A DNA stretch of 64,000 bases from an uncultured Rhodanobacter sp. (GCA_964489055.1 CAZAXF010000003.1:11087-75086), one strand, 5' to 3'. Counted from the stretch's first letter, positions 36,411-45,978 are shown. Notes: generated by a model from the sequence alone, not told the origin. Translations and numbers: made by a program.

Positions 36411-37329
36411 GTTCAACGGCCATGGCGGGATCGTCGAGGCACATCGCGGCCACGCCGGATTGTGCGAGCCGGGAGAGGCTTTCGCGGTCGCGCACGTTGG
36501 GGCCCCAGGTGGCTACGGAAACTCCGCACGATGCCGCCGCGCGGACTCGTTCGGTCGTGCAGTCCCGGTCGTACACGAACCATGCATCGCCGCCCGTGGC
36601 CGCGATCGCTTCGGGGTAGCCCTTGCGCGGGTCTTGTCCGGCAAGCCATGGTGCCGTCCCGGACTGGTATTGGTCGCGCAGCATCTGCAGGTCGGCTGCC
36701 GGCGGCGGGTCGTCTTCGCGAGGGGGCGGGCCGGCTTCGAACCAGCTCAGCGGGTTGGTGGTGAACCACGTTGAAAGCGTCGGGCACTGTTGCTTCGCGG
36801 CCACCAGTGCGCTCCAGTCGAAGGAACACAGCGTGGTGCGCGCGATGAAATCGTGCTCGCGGAGGATGGCCAGCGTTTTTTCGACCAGCGCGTGCCAGGG
36901 TTCGCGCGCCGCATCCTCGATCGGCGTCTTGATTTCGACGATCAAGCGGAACGTGGGCGAGCGCGTTTTCACCAGCGCGATGACGTCCGCGAGCCGGGGG
37001 ATGTGCTGGTCCGGCACCGGCTTGATCCGCGGGTGGCCGCGGGCGTAGGCGCTGCCGGGACGCGGGGTGCCGATGTCGAAGCGTTGCAATTCGGCGAACG
37101 TCAGGTCCGCGATCCGCGGCGGGTTGATTTCACCGATCCACACACCGTCCGGACCGCGGCAGAACCCACCGTCCAGTGCATCGTCGTGATGCACCACCAC
37201 CTGCCGGTCACGGCTCAGACGCACGTCAAGCTCGGCGCCGTCGGCGCCAAGCTCGATGGCATGGTCGAACGCTGCCAGCGTGTTCTCGACACGCAACGCC
37301 GCGGCCCCACGGTGTGCAATCACCTGCAT
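36391..37329 (-). CDS. Glycerophosphodiester phosphodiesterase family protein
   Basis: Start at MQVIAHRGAAALRVENTLAAF (ATG 37329). It has GDPD HR..EN and ELDV motifs. The tail EQDQWDQ is encoded by the repeat block. Confidence 0.88.
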   Translation of the reverse strand: MQVIAHRGAAALRVENTLAAFDHAIELGADGAELDVRLSRDRQVVVHHDDALDGGFCRGPDGVWIGEINPPRIADLTFAELQRFDIGTPRPGSAYARGHPRIKPVPDQHIPRLADVIALVKTRSPTFRLIVEIKTPIEDAAREPWHALVEKTLAILREHDFIARTTLCSFDWSALVAAKQQCPTLSTWFTTNPLSWFEAGPPPREDDPPPAADLQMLRDQYQSGTAPWLAGQDPRKGYPEAIAATGGDAWFVYDRDCTTERVRAAASCGVSVATWGPNVRDRESLSRLAQSGVAAMCLDDPAMAVEQDQWDQ

Positions 37330-37589
37330 GGTCTTGTCCCTGGCCCCGGACATGCCCGGACATCGCCGCGTTTGGCCAATCCCGGGCCAATGCCATTGCA
37401 GACGGGCGCGACTCCGCGACAAATTTCATCGTCATTCCGGACGCCGCGGAGCGGTGATCCGGAATCCACTTCGGCGCTGTTGCTGGCGCAAAAGTCAACC
37501 TGGATTCCGGGTTCCGTCCTTCGGCCGGCCCCGCAATGACGGGCAAAAACGGGATTGCCCCGGTGCATGAACCGCGTGGCCTGCTGGTG

Positions 37590-38432
37590 TCACGCACACA
37601 ACACCGCGGCGTGGTGCCGCAGGTGGTCCTCGATGAAACTTTGCACGAACCAGTAGCTGTGGTCGTAGCCCGGCTGCATGCGCAGGGTCAGCGGCTGACC
37701 GGCGGCCTTGCAGGCCTCGTCCAGCAGCTCGGGGCGCAATTGTTCGTGGAGGAAGGGATCCTGCTCGCCCTGGTCGACCAGGATCTTGCCGGGGAAACGC
37801 TTGCCCGCCCGGATCAATTCGGTCGCGTCGTGCTGCTTCCATTGCTCGCGATCCGGTCCGAGGTACATGATGAAGATCTTGCGTTCTCCCCACGGAACCT
37901 GTGTGGGGGCGGCGATCGGCGCCAGCGCCGAGAGCGAGCGGTATTTGCCCGGGTGCCGGAGTGCCAGCGTCAGCGCACCATGGCCGCCCATGGAATGGCC
38001 CATGATGCCGCAGCGCTCGAAATCGGCGGGAAAGTTCGCCGCGATTACGTTCGGCAGTTCATCGCTCACCCAGGTTTCCATCTGGAAACGTGACGACCAC
38101 GGCGACTCGGTGGCATCGACGTAGAAACCTGCCCCCTCGCCGAATTCCCAGTCGTCGGTGGCGCCCTCGAAACCCGTGTCGCGCGGACTGGTGTCCGGCG
38201 CGACCAGGATCAGGCCGAGCTCGGCGGCGGCGCGCTGGGCGCCGGCCTTGATCGGAAAGGTTTCGGGCGTGCAGGTGAGGCCGGCGAGGTAGATCAATAC
38301 CGGAGCCTTCCCGTTGGCGGCCTGGGGTGGTGTGTATACCGCAAACTCCATGGGACCCGCGCATGCCTTCGACTCGTGGCGATAGAAGCCTTGCATGCCG
38401 CCGAAGCAGCGTTGTTCCGAAATCGTTTCCAT
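37590..38432 (-). CDS. fghA: S-formylglutathione hydrolase (esterase D)
   Basis: 280 aa with GHSMGGHGAL and typical FrmB/EstD similarity. It lies downstream of adhC. Confidence 0.95.
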   Translation of the reverse strand: METISEQRCFGGMQGFYRHESKACAGPMEFAVYTPPQAANGKAPVLIYLAGLTCTPETFPIKAGAQRAAAELGLILVAPDTSPRDTGFEGATDDWEFGEGAGFYVDATESPWSSRFQMETWVSDELPNVIAANFPADFERCGIMGHSMGGHGALTLALRHPGKYRSLSALAPIAAPTQVPWGERKIFIMYLGPDREQWKQHDATELIRAGKRFPGKILVDQGEQDPFLHEQLRPELLDEACKAAGQPLTLRMQPGYDHSYWFVQSFIEDHLRHHAAVLCA

Positions 38433-38563
38433 TGTTTCTCACTCCTCGATTGACGGGAATCGGCAGCTTGCGCCTGCCGGGAAATTCGCGACTTGCTCGT
38501 CAATCACGGGCGGCTCGCGCCGTTGGCGTGCAGCACCCGGAATGACGAAGCCTTGCGAGGCCA

Positions 38564-39673
38564 TCAGTACACGACCACGCTGCGTATCGACTCCCCCTTG
38601 TGCATCAGGTCGAAACCGTGATTGATGTCCTCGAGCTTCAGGTGGTGCGTGATCATCGGGTCGATCTCGATCAGGCCCTGCATGTACCAGTCGACCACCC
38701 TGGGTACGTCGGTGCGTCCGCGCATCCCGCCGAACGCGGTGCCGATCCAGCGCCGTCCGGTGACCAGCTGGAAGGGCCGCGTCGAGATTTCCTTTCCGGC
38801 CCCGGCGACGCCGATGATGCAGGAAACGCCCCAGCCCTTGTGGCAGCATTCCAGCGCCTGGCGCATCACCTTGACGTTGCCGATGCACTCGAAGGAGTAA
38901 TCGGCGCCGCCTTTCGTCAATGAAACAAGGTAGGGCACCAGGTCGCCTTCGACTTCGCCGGCGTTGACGAAATGCGTCATGCCGAATTTTTCCGCGAGCT
39001 CCTTGCGTTTGGGGTTCAGGTCGACGCCCACGATCATCGCCGCGCCGGCAAGGCGTGCACCCTGGATCACGTTGAGGCCGATGCCGCCCAATCCGAAAAC
39101 CACGACCTTCGCGCCCGGTTCCACCTTTGCCGTATTGACGACCGCGCCGATGCCCGTCGAGACGCCGCAGCCGATGTAGCAGACCTTGTCGAACGGCGCG
39201 TCCTCGCGGATCTTCGCCACCGCGATTTCCGGCAGCACCGTGTATTCGGCGAAGGTGGAGGTGCCCATGTAGTGGTGGATCATTTCGCCGCCCGATGAAA
39301 AGCGGCTGCTGCCGTCGGGCATCAGGCCCTTGCCCTGGGTTTCGCGGACCGCCTGGCACAGGTTGGTCTTGGGGTTGAGGCAATACTCGCACTCGCGGCA
39401 TTCGGGCGTGTACAGCGGGATCACGTGGTCTCCCTTCTGCACCGACGTGACCCCTGCGCCGGTCTCGACCACGACGCCCGCGCCCTCGTGCCCGAGGATC
39501 GCCGGGAACAGGCCTTCGGGGTCGTCGCCAGACAACGTGAAGGCATCGGTGTGGCACAGGCCGGTGGCCTTCAATTGCACCAGCACCTCGCCCGCGTGCG
39601 GGCCCTCGAGGTCGACGGTTTCGATTGTGAGCGGCGCACCGGCCTTGTGCGCGACGGCGGCTTTCACTTTCAT
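38564..39673 (-). CDS. adhC: S-(hydroxymethyl)glutathione dehydrogenase / class III alcohol dehydrogenase
   Basis: Start at [15 protein letters not shown] (ATG 39673). GLCHTD and GHEGAG zinc motifs are present. 369 aa. Confidence 0.96.
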   Translation of the reverse strand: MKVKAAVAHKAGAPLTIETVDLEGPHAGEVLVQLKATGLCHTDAFTLSGDDPEGLFPAILGHEGAGVVVETGAGVTSVQKGDHVIPLYTPECRECEYCLNPKTNLCQAVRETQGKGLMPDGSSRFSSGGEMIHHYMGTSTFAEYTVLPEIAVAKIREDAPFDKVCYIGCGVSTGIGAVVNTAKVEPGAKVVVFGLGGIGLNVIQGARLAGAAMIVGVDLNPKRKELAEKFGMTHFVNAGEVEGDLVPYLVSLTKGGADYSFECIGNVKVMRQALECCHKGWGVSCIIGVAGAGKEISTRPFQLVTGRRWIGTAFGGMRGRTDVPRVVDWYMQGLIEIDPMITHHLKLEDINHGFDLMHKGESIRSVVVY

Positions 39674-39749
39674 GCGGTGGCTCCGTTTCAAGGCGACCCC
39701 GGAGTGTAACCTGACGATCGTGAGGTTCGCGTTGTCGCGCTGTGTCGTG

Positions 39750-40497
39750 AAGAACGCTTGCCACAGATCAAGAGCATCGGACGCGGATCGACGCGGATTC
39801 CCGCGGGTCAGAAGCCCTTGTCCGCGTTTGTCCGCGCAAATCCGCGTCAAAAGCTCTTTGCCACGGATTGACACGGATGCCACGGATCAGAAGCATTCTG
39901 ACGCGGATCGACGCGGATGCCCGCGGATCAGAAGCCCTTGTCCGTGTTTGTCCGCGCAAATCCGCGTCAAAAGCTCTTTGCCACGGATCTACACGGATGC
40001 CACGGATCAGAAGCATTTTGACGCGGAGCGACGCGGATTCCCGCGGGTCAGAAGCCCTTGTCTGCGTTTGTCCGCGCAAGTCCGCGTCAAAAGCTCTTTG
40101 CCACGGATTGACACGGATGCCACGGATCAGAAGCATTTTGACGCAGAGCGACGCGGATGCCCGCGGATCAGAAGCTCGCATCCGTGTTCATCCGTGCAAA
40201 TCCGTGGTCGAGATTGCCGTCGTGGTTGCGAGCCGTGGACGCGGATCGACCCGGATACTGCGGAACAAGCACAGCTTCCATCCGCGTTTGTCCGCGCAAG
40301 TCCGCGTCAAGAGCGCTTTGCCACGGATCAAAAGCATTTTGACGCGGAGCGACGCGGATGCGCGCGGATTAGAAGCCATTGTCCGTATTCTTCCGCGCAA
40401 GTCCGCGTCAAGAGCGCTTTGCCGCGGATGAACACGGATGCCACGGATCAGAAGCCTTTATCCGTGTCGATCCGTGCAAATCCGTGGCAGAAAAGCC
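39750..40497. repeat. Hierarchical tandem array: three near-identical 120-bp units (39781, 39901, 40021) plus about four degenerate modules
   Basis: Exact 120-bp periodicity is visible in the raw lines. Each unit holds 10-bp-phased ACGCGGAT/CCACGGAT heptamer triplets and their inverted copies, with CAGAAGC loops. See findings. Confidence 0.95.
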
Positions 40498-40507
40498 TTG
40501 GTAGTGC

Positions 40508-42103
40508 TCAGGCTTCGATGCGGCTCTCGCGTGTGTCGGAGAAAGTGATATCGGGCCAGCGTTCCTGCGCCAGTTGCAGGTTCACGCGGGTCGGCGCCAG
40601 GTACACCAGTTGCTCGGCTGCATCCAGCGCCAGGTGCGACGCGTTGCGTTCGCGAAACTCGGCCAGCTTCTTCGCATTGTCGCAGTGCACCCAGCGTGCG
40701 GTCACGACGGCGACATTGTCGAACGTGCAGTCGACGTTGTATTCGTCCTTCAATCGATACGCGGCGACATCGAACTGCAGCACGCCGATCGCGCCGAGGA
40801 TCAAGTCGTTGGACATCAGGGGACGGAAGAATTGCGTGGCGCCTTCCTCGGACAATTGCGCAAGGCCCGCGCGCAGCGCCTTCATCTTCAGCGGGTCGCG
40901 CAGGCGCGCGCGGCGGAACAGCTCCGGCGCGAAGTTGGGGATGCCGGTGAAAACCAGCTTTTCGCCCTCGCTGAAGCTGTCGCCGATGGAAATGGTGCCG
41001 TGGTTGTGCAGGCCGATCACGTCGCCCGGATACGCTGCGTCGGCGATGCCGCGTTCGGAGGCCATGAAGGTCAACGCGTTGGCCAGCTTCACTTCCTTGC
41101 CGGTGCGCACCTGCAGTGCCTTCATTCCGGATTCGTACCTGCCCGAACACACGCGCAGGAACGCCACGCGATCGCGGTGCTGCGGATCCATGTTGGCCTG
41201 GATCTTGAACACGAAGCCGGTGAGCTTGTCTTCGTCGGGCAGAACCTTCCGTGAAACGGTTGCGCGCGGGCCGGGCGACGGCGCGTGTTCGACGAAGAAA
41301 TCCAGCAGCGGCTGGACGCCGAAGTTGTTGACGGCCGAGCCGAAGAACACCGGCGTCTGTTCGCCTGCCAGGTATTTTTCGACGTCGAACGGATGCGAGG
41401 CACCCTGCACCAGCTCCAGTTCCTCGCGCACTTCGGCCAACGCGTCCGCGCCGATGCGCCTTTCCAGCTCCGGGTCGTCGAGGCCCTTCAGGATGGTCGA
41501 ATCCTGGCGCGTGAAATTGCGCCCCGGCTCGTACAGGTGCACTTCGTCGGCGAGCAGGTGGTACACGCCCTTCAGGCGCTTGCCCATACCGATCGGCCAG
41601 GTGACCGGGGCACACTGGATTTTCAGCACAGACTCGATTTCATCCAGCAGCTCGATCGGCGGTCGGCCTTCGCGGTCGAGCTTGTTGATGAAGGTCATGA
41701 TCGGCGTGGTGCGAAGGCGGCACACCTCCATCAGCTTGATGGTGCGCTCCTCCACACCGCGGGCGCAGTCGATCACCATCAGCGCCGAATCGACCGCGGT
41801 CAGCACGCGGTAGGTGTCCTCGGAAAAATCCGCGTGCCCGGGGGTGTCCAGCAGGTTGACGATGCGATCGGCATACGGAAACTGCATCACCGAAGAGGTG
41901 ACCGAGATGCCGCGCTCCTTTTCCAGCGCCATCCAGTCGGACGTGGCATGGCGCGCGGTCTTGCGACTCTTGACCGCGCCGGCCATCTGGATCGCGCCGC
42001 CGAACAGCAGCAGCTTTTCGGTCAGCGTGGTCTTGCCCGCGTCCGGGTGCGAGATGATCGCGAAGGTGCGGCGACGGGCGGTTTCGGTGGCGTGGGATGG
42101 CAT
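40508..42103 (-). CDS. prfC: Peptide chain release factor 3
   Basis: 531 aa with G1 [16 protein letters not shown] and typical RF3 similarity throughout. Confidence 0.97.
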   Translation of the reverse strand: MPSHATETARRRTFAIISHPDAGKTTLTEKLLLFGGAIQMAGAVKSRKTARHATSDWMALEKERGISVTSSVMQFPYADRIVNLLDTPGHADFSEDTYRVLTAVDSALMVIDCARGVEERTIKLMEVCRLRTTPIMTFINKLDREGRPPIELLDEIESVLKIQCAPVTWPIGMGKRLKGVYHLLADEVHLYEPGRNFTRQDSTILKGLDDPELERRIGADALAEVREELELVQGASHPFDVEKYLAGEQTPVFFGSAVNNFGVQPLLDFFVEHAPSPGPRATVSRKVLPDEDKLTGFVFKIQANMDPQHRDRVAFLRVCSGRYESGMKALQVRTGKEVKLANALTFMASERGIADAAYPGDVIGLHNHGTISIGDSFSEGEKLVFTGIPNFAPELFRRARLRDPLKMKALRAGLAQLSEEGATQFFRPLMSNDLILGAIGVLQFDVAAYRLKDEYNVDCTFDNVAVVTARWVHCDNAKKLAEFRERNASHLALDAAEQLVYLAPTRVNLQLAQERWPDITFSDTRESRIEA

Positions 42104-42141
42104 GGCAGGCAGGTTTGCGCGCGACGCAAACCGGCCATTCT

Positions 42142-42345
42142 AGCCCGCATTTCTCACCACGTCGCGTAGCGAGGCGTTTCGAGGGCGTGCGCTGCCTGGT
42201 GGTCGCAACCGAAGCGCGCGCAGACGTACTTGCAGGTACGTTGAGCACGCTGACCGAGCGAGCGCCAGGCAGAGCCTGCTCCGGACTCGATCCGGGGGTG
42301 CGCCATCGGGGTGCCGCAGTAGTGAGGTGGTGAGAAATGCGGGCT
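42142..42345. mobile_element. MITE-like 204-bp non-coding element with 19-bp perfect terminal inverted repeats
   Basis: AGCCCGCATTTCTCACCAC (42142-42160) and GTGGTGAGAAATGCGGGCT (42327-42345). There is a central palindrome ACGTACTTGCAGGTACGT (42224-42241), and the halves are partly self-complementary. Confidence 0.5.
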
Positions 42346-42370
42346 GGCTGCTCCGGCGTTGCCCGCGCCG

Positions 42371-42985
42371 CTACGGGTCCTGCACCGCCTCGACCTGGAT
42401 CTGCATGGAAACCTTCATGTCGAAGCCGAACGAGGCCCCGCCATCGATGCCGAAGTCCGCGCGATCGAACGTGGCCGAGGCTTCCGCGCCGCAGCGCTCG
42501 CGCGGCTTCTGCATGGGATCGGGAATGCACTTGAAGTGCTCGATCTGAAGGTCCAGCGGGCGCGTCACGCCGTGCAGCGTCAGCTTGCCCGTCACCCGCG
42601 TTGGTGCGCCATCGACGAAATCCACGAGCCGGCCGTCATAGACCGCAGTCGGGTACTTCGCGGCGTCGAAGAATGCGCATTGCGACTTGCAGCGCGCGGC
42701 GGGCAGCGCCTCGCGCAGCACCATCCGCGTCAACGCCGGATTGCCGAAATTGATGCTGCCGACCTGCGTGACGATGTGCACCGTCCCCGTCTGCCTTGCC
42801 CGGTCGAGCGTGACGGCGCCGGTGGTCTGGTCGAACTTGCCGCGCCAGGTCGAAAGCCCCATGTGGTCGACGGCGAAGCTGGGGTAGGTGTGGCCGGGGT
42901 CGATGGTGTAATGCACCGGTGCGGCGGTGGCGGCGCCGGCGACCAGCAGCAGTGCGAGCAGCGGGAAATGCGCGGGGTGGCTCAT
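42371..42985 (-). CDS. YceI-family periplasmic protein
   Basis: 204 aa with a signal peptide and YTIDPGHTYPSFAVDHMGLSTWRGKF, typical of YceI. Confidence 0.9.
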   Translation of the reverse strand: MSHPAHFPLLALLLVAGAATAAPVHYTIDPGHTYPSFAVDHMGLSTWRGKFDQTTGAVTLDRARQTGTVHIVTQVGSINFGNPALTRMVLREALPAARCKSQCAFFDAAKYPTAVYDGRLVDFVDGAPTRVTGKLTLHGVTRPLDLQIEHFKCIPDPMQKPRERCGAEASATFDRADFGIDGGASFGFDMKVSMQIQVEAVQDP

Positions 42986-43015
42986 GGTCGTGATCCTCGT
43001 GCGGTGTCGGGAGGC

Positions 43016-43720
43016 TCAGTCGCCATACTCGTCGTGCAGGCGCACCCAGTGCATGGTCCCTGCATCCTCGTTGCGACCCTTTGGCACGAGGTCGAGCCAG
43101 TTGAAGGCACCGACCAGCAGCTCGACGCCGCGGTGGTAGGTGGAGTAGGTGTGGAAGATGTCGCCGGCGTCGTCCCTGGTGAAAATGCTGACGCCGAACA
43201 TGTCCGGGCTGGTGCGGATCGGCGTGAGGCCGTAGTTGTACGTGGCGCGACCGGCGGCGCGGTCGGCCTCGCGGAACGAAACGCCGAAGTCGTAATTGAA
43301 GTCGGTGTCGCCGGAAGAGACCCAGCGGAACGTCCAGCCCATGCGCTGCCTGACTTCCTCGATGCGCGCGACCGGTGCACGCGAAACCGCCGCGAAGGCG
43401 AGGTCGGCGTGTTCGAAGTGCTGCCGCGCTGCGTCCAGGTGATCCATCACGAATGAACAGCCATCGCAGATGTGGTCCGAGCCCGGCGTGAGCATGAAGT
43501 GGTAGATGGCGAGCTGGCTGCGACCGTCAAAGAGGTCGGAGAGCGTACACGTGCCGCCCGTTCCCTCGAACACGCAGGGCTTGTCCAGCCTGACCCACGG
43601 AAGCCGGCGCCGCTCCGCGCGCAGGGCGTCGAGCTGGTGGGTCATGGCGCGCTCCTTTTCAAGCAGGGCCTTGCGCGCGCGCAGCCATTCCTCGCGCGTC
43701 ACAACCGCCGGAGGGTTCAC
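43016..43720 (-). CDS. DUF899 thioredoxin-like protein
   Basis: GTG at 43720 overlaps the upstream stop (GTGA). REEWLRARKALLEKE and the CxxC-type CDGC motif (SDHICDGCSF) are present. 234 aa. Confidence 0.85.
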   Translation of the reverse strand: MNPPAVVTREEWLRARKALLEKERAMTHQLDALRAERRRLPWVRLDKPCVFEGTGGTCTLSDLFDGRSQLAIYHFMLTPGSDHICDGCSFVMDHLDAARQHFEHADLAFAAVSRAPVARIEEVRQRMGWTFRWVSSGDTDFNYDFGVSFREADRAAGRATYNYGLTPIRTSPDMFGVSIFTRDDAGDIFHTYSTYHRGVELLVGAFNWLDLVPKGRNEDAGTMHWVRLHDEYGD

Positions 43721-44139
43721 GGCGCGCCTCCGGGCCGGTCGCAGTTCACCATCCAGTGGATGCCGAAGCGGTCGGTGAGCATGCCGAAGCGCTGCGCCCA
43801 CGAGGTTTCCGCGATCGGCATGGTGATGCTGCCGCCTTCGCCGAGCGCGGCGAACACCCGCTCGGCCTGCTCCACGGAGTCGACGCCGATCGCGACCGCG
43901 CAGCCCTTCATGGGATCGAACGGCTGGCCTGGCGGGCAGTCCGAAGCCATCAAGGTGCTGTCGCCGGCCTTCAGGCAGATGTTGGCGATCAGCCCCTTCG
44001 AATCGTCGGACATCTCCTGGCCATCGGGCATGTCACCGTACGTGACCTTGCCGATGATCTCGCCATCGAGGCAGCGGGCGTAGAAGTCGAACGCCTCGGC
44101 GGCGTTGTTATGGAAGAACAGATAAGTTGTGAGTTGCAT
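43717..44139 (-). CDS. VOC-superfamily protein (PhnB / 3-demethylubiquinone methyltransferase-like domain)
   Basis: MQLTTYLFFHNNAAEAFDFYARCLDGEI... 140 aa. Confidence 0.85.
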   Translation of the reverse strand: MQLTTYLFFHNNAAEAFDFYARCLDGEIIGKVTYGDMPDGQEMSDDSKGLIANICLKAGDSTLMASDCPPGQPFDPMKGCAVAIGVDSVEQAERVFAALGEGGSITMPIAETSWAQRFGMLTDRFGIHWMVNCDRPGGAP

Positions 44140-44168
44140 GGTGCTCTCCTGTCGTGTGTCGGGGTGGG

Positions 44169-44663
44169 TCAGGTGTCGCCGCGGCGCGCGGCCTCGATCG
44201 CGGCGATGTCGATCCTGGTCATCTGCATCATGGCTTCCATGCCGCGCCTGGCGGCGGCCCGGTCGGGATCCGCCAGGTTCTCCATCAGCACGCGTGGCGT
44301 GATCTGCCAGGAAAATCCCCAGCGGTCCTTGCACCAGCCGCATGGGCCTTCCGTTCCGCCACCATCGACGATTGCCTTCCACAGACGATCGGTCTCTTCC
44401 TGATCGTCGGTATAAACCTGAAAGCTGACCGCTTGGTTCGGCTTGAAACCGGGACCGCCATTCAGGCCCAGGAAGGCTTGGCCCAATACGGTGAATTCGA
44501 CCAGCAGTTCGTCACCGGTGTTGCCGCTGGGAGTGTCCGTTGGTGCGGTATGTACGGCGCCCACGGCGCTGTCGGGAAATGTCGCGGCGTAGAACTCGGC
44601 CGCCTTGCGGGCTTCGCCGCGGTCGAACCAGAGGCAGGTCGCGAGCTTGGTTTTGGCGTTCAT
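44169..44663 (-). CDS. VOC-superfamily protein (PF06983-like)
   Basis: MNAKTKLATCLWFDRGEARKAAEFYAATFPDS... 164 aa. Confidence 0.85.
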   Translation of the reverse strand: MNAKTKLATCLWFDRGEARKAAEFYAATFPDSAVGAVHTAPTDTPSGNTGDELLVEFTVLGQAFLGLNGGPGFKPNQAVSFQVYTDDQEETDRLWKAIVDGGGTEGPCGWCKDRWGFSWQITPRVLMENLADPDRAAARRGMEAMMQMTRIDIAAIEAARRGDT

Positions 44664-44743
44664 TGGATGGGTTCTCCTGGGCGGTAGCTGGATGGACGAC
44701 AAACGGGATTGCCGGGCATCGAAAAATGTGCCTGAAGCCACGT

Positions 44744-45367
44744 TCAGGTCGCGACGGCCAACGCGGGGAAGGGCTCGCGCCAGGCGTCGAGTTCGTTCAG
44801 GCGATCGTGCCAACGCTGGATCGCGGGGAAACCGTCCAGCGGGATCCGGGCGTCCGGGGCAAAGGGCAGGGTGATCGCTGTCGAGAAGTCCGCGACCGTG
44901 AGCGTGTCGCCGACCAGCCAGCGTTGCCGGGCCAGGTGCGCATCGAGGATCGCGGCAAAGGTGCAAAACGCGTCGGTTGCCTGCGCGACCGCCTTGTCAT
45001 CGGGAGCGCCGAGGTCGAAGCGTGGCTTGATGAGGTATTCGAAATACAGGGTGCCGGCTGCGTGGTTGAAGTGCTGCGTGGCCCAGCTCAGCCAGCGGAC
45101 CACCTCGATCTGGCGATCGTCCTGCGGCCACAGGTCCGAATCCGATCGCGCGGCCAGGTGGCACATGATCGCGTCGGCTTCCCACAGCGTGCGCGTGCCG
45201 TCGACCAGCGTCGGGACCTTGCCGTTGGGATTCAGCGTCAGGTACTCGGGCGTCTTGTGCTCGCCGCGGGCGAGGTCGAGGTACACGTAATTCACCGGCG
45301 ATTGCAGGTATTTGGCGACCACGCAGGCCTTGCGCGGGGACAATACGTCGGACCAGTAGAGATTCAT
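44744..45367 (-). CDS. Glutathione S-transferase
   Basis: MNLYWSDVLSPRKACVVAKYL...NPNGKVPTLVDG. 207 aa. It is only the C-terminal third of the 616-aa ORF-track entry. Confidence 0.9.
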   Translation of the reverse strand: MNLYWSDVLSPRKACVVAKYLQSPVNYVYLDLARGEHKTPEYLTLNPNGKVPTLVDGTRTLWEADAIMCHLAARSDSDLWPQDDRQIEVVRWLSWATQHFNHAAGTLYFEYLIKPRFDLGAPDDKAVAQATDAFCTFAAILDAHLARQRWLVGDTLTVADFSTAITLPFAPDARIPLDGFPAIQRWHDRLNELDAWREPFPALAVAT

Positions 45368-45855
45368 CACATGGGCTCCTTTCCGGCCGTGGATGGAAGC
45401 GGCATGACGCAAGGGCCGCCGGCGAGCCGATGCAGGCTGGCGGCGGCCTCGCGGCCAATGTCGTCGAGCAGGCGCTGCTGGGTTTCGCGCCAGGCCGGAA
45501 GCGCCGCGTGCAGGGTCCGCGATCCCTTGGCCGTGATCGTCGCGATCCGCGCGCGGGCGTCGTCGCGGTCGGTCTTCAGCGTGACCCAGCCATGATCGGC
45601 GGCGACGGCGAGGTTGCGCGTGAGCGTGGTGCGGTCGGCGGACATGATTTCGGCCAGCGCGCCGATCGATTGCGGACCGGCCAGGCGCAGGGCCGCCAGC
45701 AGGGTGAACTGGGTCGCGCGCAGGCCCTGCGGGCGCAGGGCCTGGTCGAATTCGCGCGTGATCGTGCGCGCCGCGCGGCGGGCCGCCAGGCACAAGCAGC
45801 GGGTGGTCTCGAAAAGGGCCGGGTCCGGTTGCATGGAACATATGTGTATATGCAC
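45367..45855 (-). CDS. MarR-family transcriptional regulator
   Basis: 162 aa with a winged HTH (LRATQFTLLAALRLAGPQSIGALAEIMSADRTTLTRNL). Its stop shares one base with the GST start. Confidence 0.9.
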   Translation of the reverse strand: MHIHICSMQPDPALFETTRCLCLAARRAARTITREFDQALRPQGLRATQFTLLAALRLAGPQSIGALAEIMSADRTTLTRNLAVAADHGWVTLKTDRDDARARIATITAKGSRTLHAALPAWRETQQRLLDDIGREAAASLHRLAGGPCVMPLPSTAGKEPM

Positions 45856-45914
45856 GTAAATGGCTTGTCAAGCTTTCGTGTGGATGGATGAACGTCGCTG
45901 CGGCCTGTGCGGGT

Positions 45915-45955
45915 TTGTCATATGGACGTCTAAACGTCCATAAAATCATTGACAA
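45915..45955. promoter_or_regulatory. Nested palindrome, candidate MarR operator
   Basis: TTGTCA-TATGGACGT-CTAA-ACGTCCATA-aaatcat-TGACAA sits in an AT-rich island between marR and the riboswitch. Confidence 0.4.
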
Positions 45956-45978
45956 CCAGACTGCGGCATGGCTACAGT
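45949..45978 (+). promoter_or_regulatory. Sigma70-like promoter for the riboswitch-metX transcript
   Basis: TTGACA (45949-45954), an 18-nt spacer, then TACAGT (45973-45978). This places the TSS a few nt before the riboswitch P1. Confidence 0.4.

Noticed and set aside
37427-38549. TCGTCATTCCGG(A/G) words and short palindromes flanking fghA (37427-37465, 37501-37560, 38537-38549) as a possible mobile unit carrying fghA.
   Set aside because: Only short 12-nt words are shared and there are no extended terminal repeats or duplications. They look like ordinary dispersed REP-type hairpins. adhC-fghA is a standard core operon.
39768-40431. ORFs 39868..40431 (+, 187 aa) and 39768..40181 (-, 137 aa) with internally repeated peptides.
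   Set aside because: They lie wholly inside the tandem array and are open on both strands only because the unit lacks stops. GC is lower than in genes, there is no RBS, and substitutions between units do not respect a reading frame.
39750-40497. Possible CRISPR array (regularly spaced short repeats).
   Set aside because: The sequences between the short repeats are themselves repeated with the 120-bp unit, so there are no unique spacers. No leader or cas genes are present. The repeats are 7-8 nt iterated motifs, not 28-37 nt direct repeats.
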